A DNA stretch of 64,000 nucleotides from Candidatus Spechtbacteria bacterium (GTDB lineage Bacteria; Patescibacteriota; Minisyncoccia; Spechtbacterales; JACPHP01). Below are positions 28,214 to 39,102 of this stretch, in pieces; position 1 is the first letter of the stretch, and the number at the start of each line of letters is the position of its first letter. Location of the stretch: assembly GCA_016188605.1 (NCBI GenBank), contig JACPHP010000013.1, positions 2,846 through 66,845 on the forward strand. Direction: 5' to 3'. Under the pieces are notes generated by a model. That model ran no database searches. It saw only the letters and a program-made list of their open reading frames with translations, and was not told the DNA's origin. The position numbers and the translations under genes are program-made.

Positions 28214-29770
28214 ATGGATTCCTTAATCCAAAAACTGCAAAAAGAATTAGAGGGATACAAATCTCCGACCATGGCTTCGGAGTCTGTTGGTCGTGTAGAA
28301 AAAATGTACGATGGAATTGCGATTTGCTCCGGCATTGACGAAGCGCTTGCTTCTGAAATGATCGAGATTTACCCGCGCACAGCCGGAAAAAATTCAGAAG
28401 ACGTAAAAGGCGCGCCGCTTTTTGGCCTCGCGCTTAATATTGAAGAAAGCCAGATCGGAGTCGTGGTGCTTGGTGATTACGCGCAAATCCAAGAGGGCGA
28501 TGTTGTAAAAACTACAAAACGCGTACTGGAAGTGCCTGTCGGCGAGGAGTTACTTGGCAATGTTGTAAATGCTCTGGGACAATCGCTTGAAAATAAAGCT
28601 TTAAATACTAAAACCCGCTACCCTGTTGAGCGTGTGGCGTCTGGCGTTATTAGCCGCGAGGCAGTTAACGAGCCAATACAAACAGGTATTAAAGCGATTG
28701 ATTCCATGATTCCTATCGGCCGCGGCCAGCGTGAGCTTATCATCGGTGACCGTCAAATTGGGAAAACCGCTCTCATCATAGACACCATCTTAAGCCAGCT
28801 CAATGAACCAGAAGACAAGCGTCCGTATTGTATTTATGTTGCTATCGGCCAAAAGGCATCCAAAGTTGCAAGGGTCGTGCAGACTCTGCGCGAGCGTGGA
28901 GCTATGGAATACACTATAGTAGTAGCTTCATTCTCGTCTGATCCCGCGGCTCTTTGGTATATCGCGCCTTACGCCGGATGCGCAATCGGCGAATATTTTA
29001 TGGACAAAGGCAAGGATGCGATTGTTTTTTACGACGATCTCACCAAGCACGCGTGGGCTTATCGCCAAATGTCACTTTTACTTCGCCGCCCGCCAGGTCG
29101 CGAGGCATATCCTGGCGATGTTTTCTATTTGCATTCTCGCCTACTTGAGCGTTCCGCAAAGCTTAACAAAGAACTTGGCGGCGGTTCGCTCACCGGTATT
29201 CCCGTAATTGAAACCCAATCGGGTGATGTGTCCGGCTACATTCCAACTAATGTTATTTCCATTACCGACGGCCAGATTTATCTTGAGCCAAACCTTTTCT
29301 ACAAAGGCATCCGCCCCGCGCTTAATGTCGGTCTTTCCGTGTCGCGCGTGGGTGCGGCGGCGCAAACAAAAGCAATGAAGAAAGTTGCGGGCAAACTTCG
29401 CCTGGAGCTTGCGCAGTATCGCGAACTTGCCGCTTTCGCGCAGTTTGGCTCTGATCTTGATGAGGCAACACAGAAACGATTGCGCCGCGGTGAAAGATTG
29501 AGTGAGCTGCTAAAGCAAGGCCAGTACGTCCCAATGGCTTGGTATAAGCAGACGCTTTCTATTTATGCCGGAGTAAATGGCTTACTAGACCAGGTGCCCG
29601 TGAGCGATGTTCAACGCTGGGAGAGCGAGTTTCATACATATTGCGATGCATACGCGGCTGATATGCTTGAAAAGATGAAAGAAAAGAGAGAGATTACGCC
29701 CGAGATTGATGAGCTGATTAAGGCGGCAATTATGGAGTTTAATGGACAGTTTGTGACTGGAAAACAATAG
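28214..29770 (+). CDS. atpA: F0F1 ATP synthase subunit alpha
   Basis: [10 protein letters not shown] (P-loop) and further conserved alpha regions. Length is 518 aa. Confidence 0.95.
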   Translation: MDSLIQKLQKELEGYKSPTMASESVGRVEKMYDGIAICSGIDEALASEMIEIYPRTAGKNSEDVKGAPLFGLALNIEESQIGVVVLGDYAQIQEGDVVKTTKRVLEVPVGEELLGNVVNALGQSLENKALNTKTRYPVERVASGVISREAVNEPIQTGIKAIDSMIPIGRGQRELIIGDRQIGKTALIIDTILSQLNEPEDKRPYCIYVAIGQKASKVARVVQTLRERGAMEYTIVVASFSSDPAALWYIAPYAGCAIGEYFMDKGKDAIVFYDDLTKHAWAYRQMSLLLRRPPGREAYPGDVFYLHSRLLERSAKLNKELGGGSLTGIPVIETQSGDVSGYIPTNVISITDGQIYLEPNLFYKGIRPALNVGLSVSRVGAAAQTKAMKKVAGKLRLELAQYRELAAFAQFGSDLDEATQKRLRRGERLSELLKQGQYVPMAWYKQTLSIYAGVNGLLDQVPVSDVQRWESEFHTYCDAYAADMLEKMKEKREITPEIDELIKAAIMEFNGQFVTGKQ

Positions 29771-29900
29771 CTTACTAAATGTCAAAATCCAAATTACAAA
29801 TGTCAAATCAATGTCAAAGTTCAAAATTCAAAAATTTTGATATTAAGTCATTTGGATTTCATTTGTAATTTGACATTTGGACTTTGAAATTTTATTAGCT
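29771..29900. repeat. AT-rich word palindrome, direct copy B (3' of atpA)
   Basis: See 28081-28210. Confidence 0.9.
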
Positions 29901-29902
29901 TT

Positions 29903-30880
29903 ATGCCTATCTCCACTCGTGAAGTAAAAAATCGCCAGCGTTCCATTTTTAATATTCGCCAGGTTACAAAAGCCATGGAGATGGTTTCAGCATCCAAAAT
30001 GCGTAAAGCCCAAATGATTGCCTTACGCACTCGTCCGTATGCTTACAAGGCGCTGGAAATGCTCTCGCATTTAACCGCCGAAGAGATTGACCAAGAGATT
30101 GGAAACACTGGAAATATATTTATCGCGCCAAAGAATGCTTCTCCCGCAGAGCTTCTTCGCAATCCCAAGGGCAAGGTGCTTATAGTTGCCATAACGTCAG
30201 ACAAAGGACTTATCGGCGGCCTTAATGCCAACGTAATGAAAGAAACTTTGGCAATCGTTCGCCAGTATCAAAAACAAGATACGCTAGTGGAGCTAATTCT
30301 TGTTGGTGAAAAAAGCAAAGCATCGTTTCAGCGGCTGGGCGTGCCAATAGAAAAAGTTTTTACTGGCGCGGGAGACTACGCTACTACCGAGCAGACTATG
30401 CCTATCGCAGAACTTATTCGTAATAGATACGAGGCAGGCTGGGTTTCTCGCGTCGTAGTTGTGTATTCCGAATTTATTTCTACTTTGAAGCAGCGCGTCA
30501 CGCATCGTTTGTATCTTCCAGTAACGGCAAAAATTTTAAACGACGTGATTAATGACATTATTCCTCAAACCGGAAAGTTTTCCGAACTGCGAAACGAGGA
30601 GTATGCGACAGAAAAAACAATGCCAGATTTTACATACGAACCAAATAAACAAGAGCTTATTTCCACGCTAGTCCCCTTCTTTCTTGATTTGTACTTGTAT
30701 CATATTATTTTAGAATCTAATGCTTCAGAGCATTCAGCGCGCATGGTGGCAATGAAGAGCGCGTCGGATAACGCCAAAAACCTCCTTGATACACTGACAC
30801 TTACATATAATAAAGCGCGCCAAGCTGCTATTACGCGGGAAATTAGCGAAATTACGGCAGGCGTGGAGGCGATGAAATGA
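29903..30880 (+). CDS. atpG: F0F1 ATP synthase subunit gamma
   Basis: N-terminal REVKNRQRSIFNIRQVTKAMEMVSASKMRKAQ and C-terminal ITREISEITAGVEAMK are gamma-subunit helices. Confidence 0.9.
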   Translation: MPISTREVKNRQRSIFNIRQVTKAMEMVSASKMRKAQMIALRTRPYAYKALEMLSHLTAEEIDQEIGNTGNIFIAPKNASPAELLRNPKGKVLIVAITSDKGLIGGLNANVMKETLAIVRQYQKQDTLVELILVGEKSKASFQRLGVPIEKVFTGAGDYATTEQTMPIAELIRNRYEAGWVSRVVVVYSEFISTLKQRVTHRLYLPVTAKILNDVINDIIPQTGKFSELRNEEYATEKTMPDFTYEPNKQELISTLVPFFLDLYLYHIILESNASEHSARMVAMKSASDNAKNLLDTLTLTYNKARQAAITREISEITAGVEAMK

Positions 30881-32397
<1,517 letters not shown>

Positions 32398-32399
32398 CT

Positions 32400-32520
32400 A
32401 TCTCAAAACGCAAATCTTAAATCGCAAAACTAAAACTCAAATCTGAAAACTACGGCGAAGATTTTAGATTTGCGATTCAGATTTGAGATTTGCCATTTGA
32501 GATTTTAGCTTTATTTATGC
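32400..32520. repeat. AT-rich word palindrome; direct copy A (5' of atpC)
   Basis: About 96% identical over about 108 bp to 32755-32880 (4 substitutions). Confidence 0.9.
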
Positions 32521-32753
32521 ATCTAACCATTCTCAACCTAAACGAAACCCTCTACGATGGCGAAGCAAGCGGCATCACTGCCCCTGGTACTGTTGGTGAG
32601 TTTACCGTACTTCCCCATCATATAGACCTTTTAACGTCTCTTAAAAAAGGCGTAATTACCGTGCATACAAAAGGCGTGGAAAAAACCTATATTGAAGCCC
32701 CGCGCGGCGGGATTTTTGAGCTGGCGGGTGAGAAGGCGACTATACTGTTGTAA
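32517..32753 (+). CDS. atpC: F0F1 ATP synthase subunit epsilon (N-terminal beta-sandwich only)
   Basis: LNLNETLYDGEASGITAPGTVGEFTVLPHHIDLLTSL is epsilon-like. Start taken at the ATG after the upstream palindrome. The C-terminal helical hairpin is absent. Confidence 0.7.
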   Translation: MHLTILNLNETLYDGEASGITAPGTVGEFTVLPHHIDLLTSLKKGVITVHTKGVEKTYIEAPRGGIFELAGEKATILL

Positions 32754-32754
32754 T

Positions 32755-32880
32755 CTCAAAATGTAAATCTTAAATCGCAAAACTAAAACTCAAATCTGAA
32801 AACTACGGCGAAGATTTTATATTTGCGATTCAGATTTGAGTTTTGCCATTTGAGATTTTAGATAAAATAGTAATTTAACT
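32755..32880. repeat. AT-rich word palindrome; direct copy B (3' of atpC)
   Basis: See 32400-32520. Confidence 0.9.
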
Positions 32881-32886
32881 AATTCT

Positions 32887-33339
32887 ATGGAAAAACAAGA
32901 AACCAAAATAATCCCCGTATCTCATGAATTATTGAGCAGCCACTCCTGCCCCGCCACAGTCGTAATGTGCATGGATTTTCGCTTTGTTAAGGCAACGCAG
33001 GAATTTGTGCAAAAAAACCTTGCAACTCCAAATTTTGATTTGTTGATTGCACCCGGTTGCATAAAGGGCTTGCTTCAAGAAGGCACGCTAAAAAATTATT
33101 TGTTGGAAAATATAGCGCTATCAATCAAGCTGCATCTTACGCATGAGTTAGTCCTAGTCTGCCACTCCACTTGCGGCGCATACGGCATCCCGGATAGGGC
33201 GCAAGAACACGAACAGCAAGAAAAAGATCTCGCCGAGGCCGCAAAAATCCTAACAGAATCATTCCCATCGCTTTCTATTCATGCTTGTATTGCAAACGGT
33301 GATGCGGAGAAAGAAGAAATAGTATACGAAAATATATAA
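32887..33339 (+). CDS. Hypothetical protein with beta-carbonic-anhydrase-like zinc-ligand motifs
   Basis: CMDFR (C-x-D-x-R) and HSTCGA (H-x-x-C-G) are spaced as in beta-CA, but the protein is only 150 aa and lacks other beta-CA blocks. Confidence 0.3.
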   Translation: MEKQETKIIPVSHELLSSHSCPATVVMCMDFRFVKATQEFVQKNLATPNFDLLIAPGCIKGLLQEGTLKNYLLENIALSIKLHLTHELVLVCHSTCGAYGIPDRAQEHEQQEKDLAEAAKILTESFPSLSIHACIANGDAEKEEIVYENI

Positions 33340-33344
33340 CAACT

Positions 33345-33373
33345 TAAACAAAAAATCCCGCTTAGGCGGGATT
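33345..33373. terminator. Bidirectional hairpin terminator
   Basis: AAAAAATCCCGCTTAGGCGGGATTTTTTG is a perfect stem flanked by A- and T-runs, between convergent genes. Confidence 0.7.
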
Positions 33374-34003
33374 TTTTGTTTCTATTTTTACTTCTTTATT
33401 CAACAACGGCAGAATCACCGGCCTCGCCGCTTCCAGCGCATATCTGCGGTGAGTGATTTTTGCTTCTTCTTCCAGCGGAAGCTCGCCTAATGTTTTGCCC
33501 AGCTCCGGCATGTAGAAAATTGTGCGAAAGGGATAGCCGGAAATGCGCATCGGGACTGGCTCTGTGGTGATGTAACCGTTAAGCCGGCCTTCAAAAGTTG
33601 GGGTTTCTTTAATTTCTTTTAGCGCAAAGGCAATCTCAACCACAAAATGCGCCGTGCGCTTTTCCTGTGGCACACCATCTAACTTTTTGAGTGTTAGCGC
33701 AATCAATTCTTCATCCGTTGCTTCATGGCCGGGCCAGCGGCGTGAATATATTCCTGGCTCGCCGTTAAGATAGTCAATTTCAATTCCCCCATCATCAGCC
33801 AACGTAGGCAAACCGCTAAGCGCGAAATAAAACTGCGCTTTTTTTATTGCATTTTCCTTGAACGTCTTTCCATCCTCCTCACATTTTTTATCACCAAGAC
33901 CAACATCATTCAAAGATAAAAGCTCGCATCCCCAGTCGCGCAAAAGGATGCGATATTCTTCCAGTTTTCCATTGTTGGTTGTGGCGATTAAGAGTTTCAT
34001 CAC
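33362..34003 (-). CDS. rdgB: Non-canonical purine NTP pyrophosphatase (RdgB/Ham1 ITPase)
   Basis: LLIATTNNGKLEE and DDGGIEIDYLNGEPGIYSRR are Ham1 family motifs. Confidence 0.8.
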   Translation of the reverse strand: MMKLLIATTNNGKLEEYRILLRDWGCELLSLNDVGLGDKKCEEDGKTFKENAIKKAQFYFALSGLPTLADDGGIEIDYLNGEPGIYSRRWPGHEATDEELIALTLKKLDGVPQEKRTAHFVVEIAFALKEIKETPTFEGRLNGYITTEPVPMRISGYPFRTIFYMPELGKTLGELPLEEEAKITHRRYALEAARPVILPLLNKEVKIETKNPA

Positions 34004-35475
34004 TCAGTATTCTGTTTTTTCTGCCTCATCGTCGGAAACAAAATTACCTCTCTCAAGCTGTGAGTATTGGTAATAAAGGCAGTTAATCTATCGAGGCCAA
34101 AGGCAAAGCCAGCGGCCGGGGGCATGCCGTATTCCATGGCTTCAACGTAGCTCTCATCCATTCTCTGCGCCTCCGCGTCTCCTCTTTTATGCAAGTCTTC
34201 TTGATCTTCAAAGGCTTTGCGCTGAAGCACTGGGTCGTTCAGCTCTGAAAATGCGTTTACAAGCTCCCAGCCATCAATGACAAGCTGGAACCTTGCGGCG
34301 TACGCGGGGTTATCTTCTAAAGCTTTGGCAAGCGGCGTAAGCTCAATTGGCTGATGAATAATAAACGTTGGATTTTTAATTTCCGGTTTACAGGCTTTTT
34401 TGTACAGCAAATCACCGATCTGCCCTTTAGTGGCAAATTCTTCTACTGCTATTCCGAGTAACTCCGCCTTCTTTTTTAGAGCATCTCTGCTTAATGTTTC
34501 GTAATCAATATCAAGATATCTATTTAATAATGCCGTAAACTCAATCCTCGGCCAAGGAGTTTCTAGATTTATACTTTTCCCTTCGTGCTCAAATTTTGGG
34601 TAAGTTCCTAGTTTCTTAAAAATATGCGTAAACATCTTTTCTGAAAACTTCATCAATTCTTTGTAGTCAGCATAAGCCCAGTAAAATTCCAATGCAGTGA
34701 ACTCGGGGTTATGCGAAAAATCCATTCCTTCGTTACGGAATAATCGCCCTATTTCATATACTTTTTCAAATCCTCCCACAAGCAGCTTTTTCAGATCAAG
34801 CTCTGGCGCCACGCGAAGATACAAATCCATATCAAGCGCGTTTAAATGTGTTTTAAATGGCTTGGCAGACGCGCCGCCGGGAATTGGCTGAAGAATAGAT
34901 GTTTCAACTTCCATAAAGCCCGCGCCGTCCAGAAATTCGCGCGTTGCTTTTACTATCGTGCTGCGCGCTTCAAATACTTTGCGGGTTTCCCCGTTCATCA
35001 ACAAATCCAAATATCGCTTGCGGTAACGTTCTTCAACATCCTGCAAACCATGCCATTTTTCCGGCAAAGGCCGCGTGGCTTTAGAAATAACTTTTAGGGA
35101 TGCCACCTGTAAAGTTTGCTGTCCTGATTTAGTGATAAACAAAATGCCGCGGATTTCAATAAAGTCACCGACGTCAACAAAATCGCCAATCTCGTCGTAT
35201 TTGCCCGCTCCCAGCTGATCGCGCCCAGCAAAAAACTGAAAGGTTCCCGTGCCATCCTGAATATCGCCAAAAGTTGCTCCGCCATGGCGGCGCATAGTGA
35301 GAACACGCCCCGTCAAAACAACTTCCTTTTCGCCATCAACTAGCTTCTTAAACCCCTCCTGCGCCTCTAAAACGGTATGCGTGCGCTTCGTATATATGGG
35401 ATATGGTAAATTGCCCCCAGAAAGCATCTTATGTCGCTTCTGCAGCTGGCTTTGTTGGTAGTCTTCAAGTGCCAT
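34000..35475 (-). CDS. lysS: Lysyl-tRNA synthetase (class II)
   Basis: OB-fold anticodon-binding domain and class II motifs (FRNEGMDFSHNPEFTALEFY; GLDRLTAFITN). Length is 491 aa. Confidence 0.9.
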   Translation of the reverse strand: MALEDYQQSQLQKRHKMLSGGNLPYPIYTKRTHTVLEAQEGFKKLVDGEKEVVLTGRVLTMRRHGGATFGDIQDGTGTFQFFAGRDQLGAGKYDEIGDFVDVGDFIEIRGILFITKSGQQTLQVASLKVISKATRPLPEKWHGLQDVEERYRKRYLDLLMNGETRKVFEARSTIVKATREFLDGAGFMEVETSILQPIPGGASAKPFKTHLNALDMDLYLRVAPELDLKKLLVGGFEKVYEIGRLFRNEGMDFSHNPEFTALEFYWAYADYKELMKFSEKMFTHIFKKLGTYPKFEHEGKSINLETPWPRIEFTALLNRYLDIDYETLSRDALKKKAELLGIAVEEFATKGQIGDLLYKKACKPEIKNPTFIIHQPIELTPLAKALEDNPAYAARFQLVIDGWELVNAFSELNDPVLQRKAFEDQEDLHKRGDAEAQRMDESYVEAMEYGMPPAAGFAFGLDRLTAFITNTHSLREVILFPTMRQKKQNTE

Positions 35476-35589
35476 AGTAATTACTATTATAGACGTTACT
35501 AAACATTTCGCAAATCTTTTGTATAGTAACCCCTTGCACCCCCAGATAATGATTGGCTTACATAAACCATTTTTGAAGACGCATGAGCA

Positions 35590-35700
35590 GTTATTGCCAA
35601 CCGTTCCATTGCCCCTTCATTGCTCCATTGTTTCATTGTCTTATGGTTACACAAACAATGAATCAATGGAGCAATGGAGCAATGAAGCAATGTAAGCTGG
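35590..35700. repeat. Word-based palindrome (word CATTGCTCCATTG)
   Basis: GTTCCATTGCCCCTTCATTGCTCCATTGTTTCATTG ... CAATGAATCAATGGAGCAATGGAGCAATGAAGC. Lies in the divergent lysS / greA-like promoter region. Confidence 0.8.
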
Positions 35701-35829
35701 TGAGGTTTAACCTCAACGTAAAGTCATTTATGAGAGGGTGTGAGCAGTTACTCGTTATGTCATTTACAAATTTTGTTTATATGTTATACTCGTTTCATTG
35801 TCGGAGGTATATATTCATAGGAGGAAAAC

Positions 35830-36372
35830 GTGATGTCTGTACAGAATTTCACCGCAACGGTTAAGGACCTTGCATTCGATACAGTCATCGCTTCGTTGGA
35901 AGATGAGATTGTACAATACCACGCCAAGCTTAGGCGGGGCATAGAATGCTTGCAAGGTGCGCGAGCCGCGCTCGACCAACCCGATGAATACTTAGACCGC
36001 GTAGAGACTATTCGTAAAAATGAAGAATGCTTGGAACGAATACGACAAGCCGAGCAGTACCTCAGGGAAGTTAAGCGCCTCTCTCTTGAGCGCAAATGCG
36101 ATATCGTACAAACAGGAGCTTTGGTTGAGGTTGTGGACGGCGACAATCCACCGGAGATATATTTTGTTCTCGTTGCAAACATGGGAATTGACTATGCTTC
36201 CAGAAGGGCTGGTATAGTAAATAGACAATTTATTATTGAGGGAGTTAAGGTTATTGGCCTTAACCCGCAAGCCCCCGTTGGAAAGGCGCTGCTCGGTCAT
36301 CGAGCCGGTGATACCATAACGGTGCAAACACCGGGCGGACCTCGCACGATCCAAATAAATTCAGTCGCCTAG
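35830..36372 (+). CDS. GreA/GreB-family protein (divergent N-domain, conserved C-terminal FKBP-like domain)
   Basis: C-terminal NPQAPVGKALLGHRAGDTITVQTPGGPRTIQI matches the GreA C-domain. The N-terminal region is non-canonical. Confidence 0.55.
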   Translation: MMSVQNFTATVKDLAFDTVIASLEDEIVQYHAKLRRGIECLQGARAALDQPDEYLDRVETIRKNEECLERIRQAEQYLREVKRLSLERKCDIVQTGALVEVVDGDNPPEIYFVLVANMGIDYASRRAGIVNRQFIIEGVKVIGLNPQAPVGKALLGHRAGDTITVQTPGGPRTIQINSVA

Positions 36373-36396
36373 CGTAGCGTAGCGCAACTAAACAAA

Positions 36397-36428
36397 ACCC
36401 CGCCAGCACACTTGGCGGGGTAATTTAT
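36397..36428. terminator. Bidirectional hairpin terminator between the convergent GreA paralogs
   Basis: AAAACCCCGCCAGCACACTTGGCGGGGTAATTT. Confidence 0.65.
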
Positions 36429-36442
36429 TTTAGTTTAAGAGT

Positions 36443-36907
36443 TTACGCTAGCATTATTTTTGTAATCTTATATTGCTTACTTCCACTTGGTGTAAATATA
36501 TCAACCGTTTCACCTATTCTGCGCCCAAGCATAGCTTTACCAAGCGGCGATTCAGAAGAAATTTTATTAGTAATTGGATCTGCTTGCTCTTTGCCCACCA
36601 ATACAAAAGTACGCTTTTGCTCATCTGCGATTACCTCAATCGCGCATCCGATTTCTATCAATTCTACGCCACTTGTAGTTTTAGTGACAACCTGAGCATT
36701 GCGCAGCACCTCTTCCAGTTCATCAATGCGACCCTCCAAAAACGCCTGATCTTCCTTTGCTTCCATGTATTCGGCGTTTTCCGAAAGATCGCCAAAAGAA
36801 GCTGCCTCTTTCAGGCGACTTGCAATTTCCGCACGCTTTGTAGTTTTAAGTTCATTAAGCTCTTTGCGAAGCTGTTCTAATCCTTCTTTTGTGAGATAGT
36901 CCATCAT
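36443..36907 (-). CDS. greA: Transcription elongation factor GreA
   Basis: MDYLTKEGLEQLRKELNELK...ASFGDLSENAEYMEAKE is the canonical GreA coiled-coil domain. The C-terminal SPLGKAMLGRRIGETVDIFTPSG follows. Start set at the internal Met. Confidence 0.85.
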   Translation of the reverse strand: MMDYLTKEGLEQLRKELNELKTTKRAEIASRLKEAASFGDLSENAEYMEAKEDQAFLEGRIDELEEVLRNAQVVTKTTSGVELIEIGCAIEVIADEQKRTFVLVGKEQADPITNKISSESPLGKAMLGRRIGETVDIFTPSGSKQYKITKIMLA

Positions 36908-36988
36908 ATTAGTTTTTAATTTAAAAGGTATACAAATCTCTCTACGAGTAACCGCAATGAAAGTATTATACATGTCCAGTGCTTATGG

Positions 36989-38941
36989 TCAACGTGTGGA
37001 CAAAGGATGCGCCTCGTTATATTTTTGCAAAATATCTCGCGTAACATACACTGCTTCCGCGCTTTCTCCTCCTCTCTCCATCATAACCAAAATAACAAGC
37101 CGAGGATTATCATATGGCGCGAACCCCACAAACCACGCATGGTTGTCACCGGCAGTTGCTTGCGCCGTTCCAGTTTTGCCCGCCATATTAAACGGCAAAA
37201 CTCTCAAAGATTGGCTGGATCCTGAAGTTACAGCCATACGCATGCCTTCTTGCACCACTTTATAAATATCTGACGAAAAAGGAAGGGTTCGCCGCGCCCA
37301 GTTCAAAACAGTATCTTGAATACTACTAACAACATGGGGAATAAAATATGTGCCGCTATTTGCAATTGAAGAAATACTCGCCGCTACTTGAAGCGGCGTC
37401 GCTATCACATCCCCCTGCCCTATGCTTGCGTGATAAGTATTCCCAATAAACCAATCCTCGCCCTTTGATTTTTTCTTCCATTGTGGCGATGGTACAAAGC
37501 CATTCCCCTCGCCGGGTAAATCAATGCCTGTTTTAAATCCCCAATTGAATATTTGTAAATATTTAGCTATACGATCAATGCCTAGACCTTGTTGGCCCAT
37601 ATAACCACCGCCGATAATATAAAAATACACATCCGACGATACTGCGAGGGCTTTACGCATATCTACGGGTCCATGATTCTTCCAATCTAAAAATGTATAG
37701 CTTACGGAAGGATCGTATATGCTTGGGACTGTAATAGAGCCGCGAGTCTCAATAATCTTGTTAGGATCTATCACATGCTCTTGCAGTGCCGCCGCGGCAA
37801 GAAGTGGCTTAATAACCGAACCGCTCGGATACGATCCTGCCGTAGCACGATTAATAAATGGATTTGATGAATCATTAATAAGCGCGTTATATTCATCGTA
37901 GTTAATGCCTTTTACGAAGCTGTTGGGGTCAAAGCTCGGCAGGCTAACAAGCGCGCGCACAGCGCCGTCTTTAGGATCAATAGCAACGACGCTTCCTGCT
38001 TTCAAGTCCCTTTCTTTAAGCGCGGCTGATAAAGTATCGTACGCGATTTTCTGCAGATCTATATCAATCGTCGTATTAACTGTCTGCCCTTTTTGGGGTT
38101 GAGAAATTACCCGTTCGCCTAAAGTTTGCCCTTTGGCATTGATAAAATTTGCCGCCATGCCGGGTACTCCACGCAATTCTTTTTCATAAGTCAATTCAAG
38201 ACCATATTTTCCAATCCGATCATCCGCGATATAATTTACGTCATTGTACTTAAAAAGCTCGTTGGGAGTAATGGGAGCAGTATAGCCCAAGACATGCGCG
38301 GTATATAATCCGTACGGATAATAGCGCATAGGATGCTCGCGAAATGCAATGCCGACAATATCACCGATTTGCCCTTGAATCACGCTCACTTCCTCAATAG
38401 AAAGATTGCGAGCAAGAATAGCGCGGGCAATATTTTTTTGTTTCACGTCATCAATTTTTGTTTGAATTATTTTAGCTCCGTCTTCATTTCGGCCAAGCGC
38501 TTGCGCCAACACGCTAATCTGCTCTTGTGTTGCCTTCATGTCTTTGGGTCGTAATTCCACATCAAACCCTGAAATACTTGTAGCCAGAACCCTTCCCTTG
38601 TAATCGAAAATATCCCCGCGGGGCGCTTGTAGGGTAAACGTCCTCTCCGCGTTTTGCGCCGCCATCGTGGCATATTTTCCACCCTGGCCAAAATTTAAAT
38701 ATACAACATACAAAAATAAAAATAAAAAAATAGCAAATGTAACCAATTGAATCGCGATCGGAATAAAATTAGGCGTCGAAATTTCCAATTTTTTTTCTTG
38801 TTCGTAAGATGAATCTTTATCCAGAACAAATGATGCGTCGGGGAATATTTCCTCGGGCTCAATTGATTCTTTGCTTTGACTAATAGTGCCAAGGGAATCA
38901 AGACTATTTTTTCGGTGGAAGAACATTATATTTAATCTCAA
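36989..38941 (-). CDS. mrdA: Penicillin-binding protein 2 (peptidoglycan D,D-transpeptidase)
   Basis: N-terminal TM helix, SVIKP (SxxK), SSD-like motif and KTGTAQ (KTG). Lies adjacent to mreB. Confidence 0.8.
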   Translation of the reverse strand: MRLNIMFFHRKNSLDSLGTISQSKESIEPEEIFPDASFVLDKDSSYEQEKKLEISTPNFIPIAIQLVTFAIFLFLFLYVVYLNFGQGGKYATMAAQNAERTFTLQAPRGDIFDYKGRVLATSISGFDVELRPKDMKATQEQISVLAQALGRNEDGAKIIQTKIDDVKQKNIARAILARNLSIEEVSVIQGQIGDIVGIAFREHPMRYYPYGLYTAHVLGYTAPITPNELFKYNDVNYIADDRIGKYGLELTYEKELRGVPGMAANFINAKGQTLGERVISQPQKGQTVNTTIDIDLQKIAYDTLSAALKERDLKAGSVVAIDPKDGAVRALVSLPSFDPNSFVKGINYDEYNALINDSSNPFINRATAGSYPSGSVIKPLLAAAALQEHVIDPNKIIETRGSITVPSIYDPSVSYTFLDWKNHGPVDMRKALAVSSDVYFYIIGGGYMGQQGLGIDRIAKYLQIFNWGFKTGIDLPGEGNGFVPSPQWKKKSKGEDWFIGNTYHASIGQGDVIATPLQVAASISSIANSGTYFIPHVVSSIQDTVLNWARRTLPFSSDIYKVVQEGMRMAVTSGSSQSLRVLPFNMAGKTGTAQATAGDNHAWFVGFAPYDNPRLVILVMMERGGESAEAVYVTRDILQKYNEAHPLSTR

Positions 38942-39100
38942 ATCTTAAATCACAAATTTCAAATCTAAATCTTAAATGTAAAATCTTCGACGTCAGATTA
39001 AAAGTTTTTCCGCCAGAGGCGCCTGCCCGCCTCTGGCGGGGATCAGCCTTTGGCTGAGAAATTTGAGTTTCAGTTTTGCGATTTAAGATTTGATATTTTA
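38931..39100. repeat. Composite element: AT-word arms plus GC core (RC of CCGCCAGAGGCGGGCAGGCGCCTCTGGCGG and TCAGCCAAAGGCTGA); inverted near-identical copy of 48480-48600
   Basis: The central 100 bp match the reverse complement of 48480-48600 almost base for base. Lies between mrdA and mreB. Confidence 0.9.
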
Positions 39101-39102
39101 GA

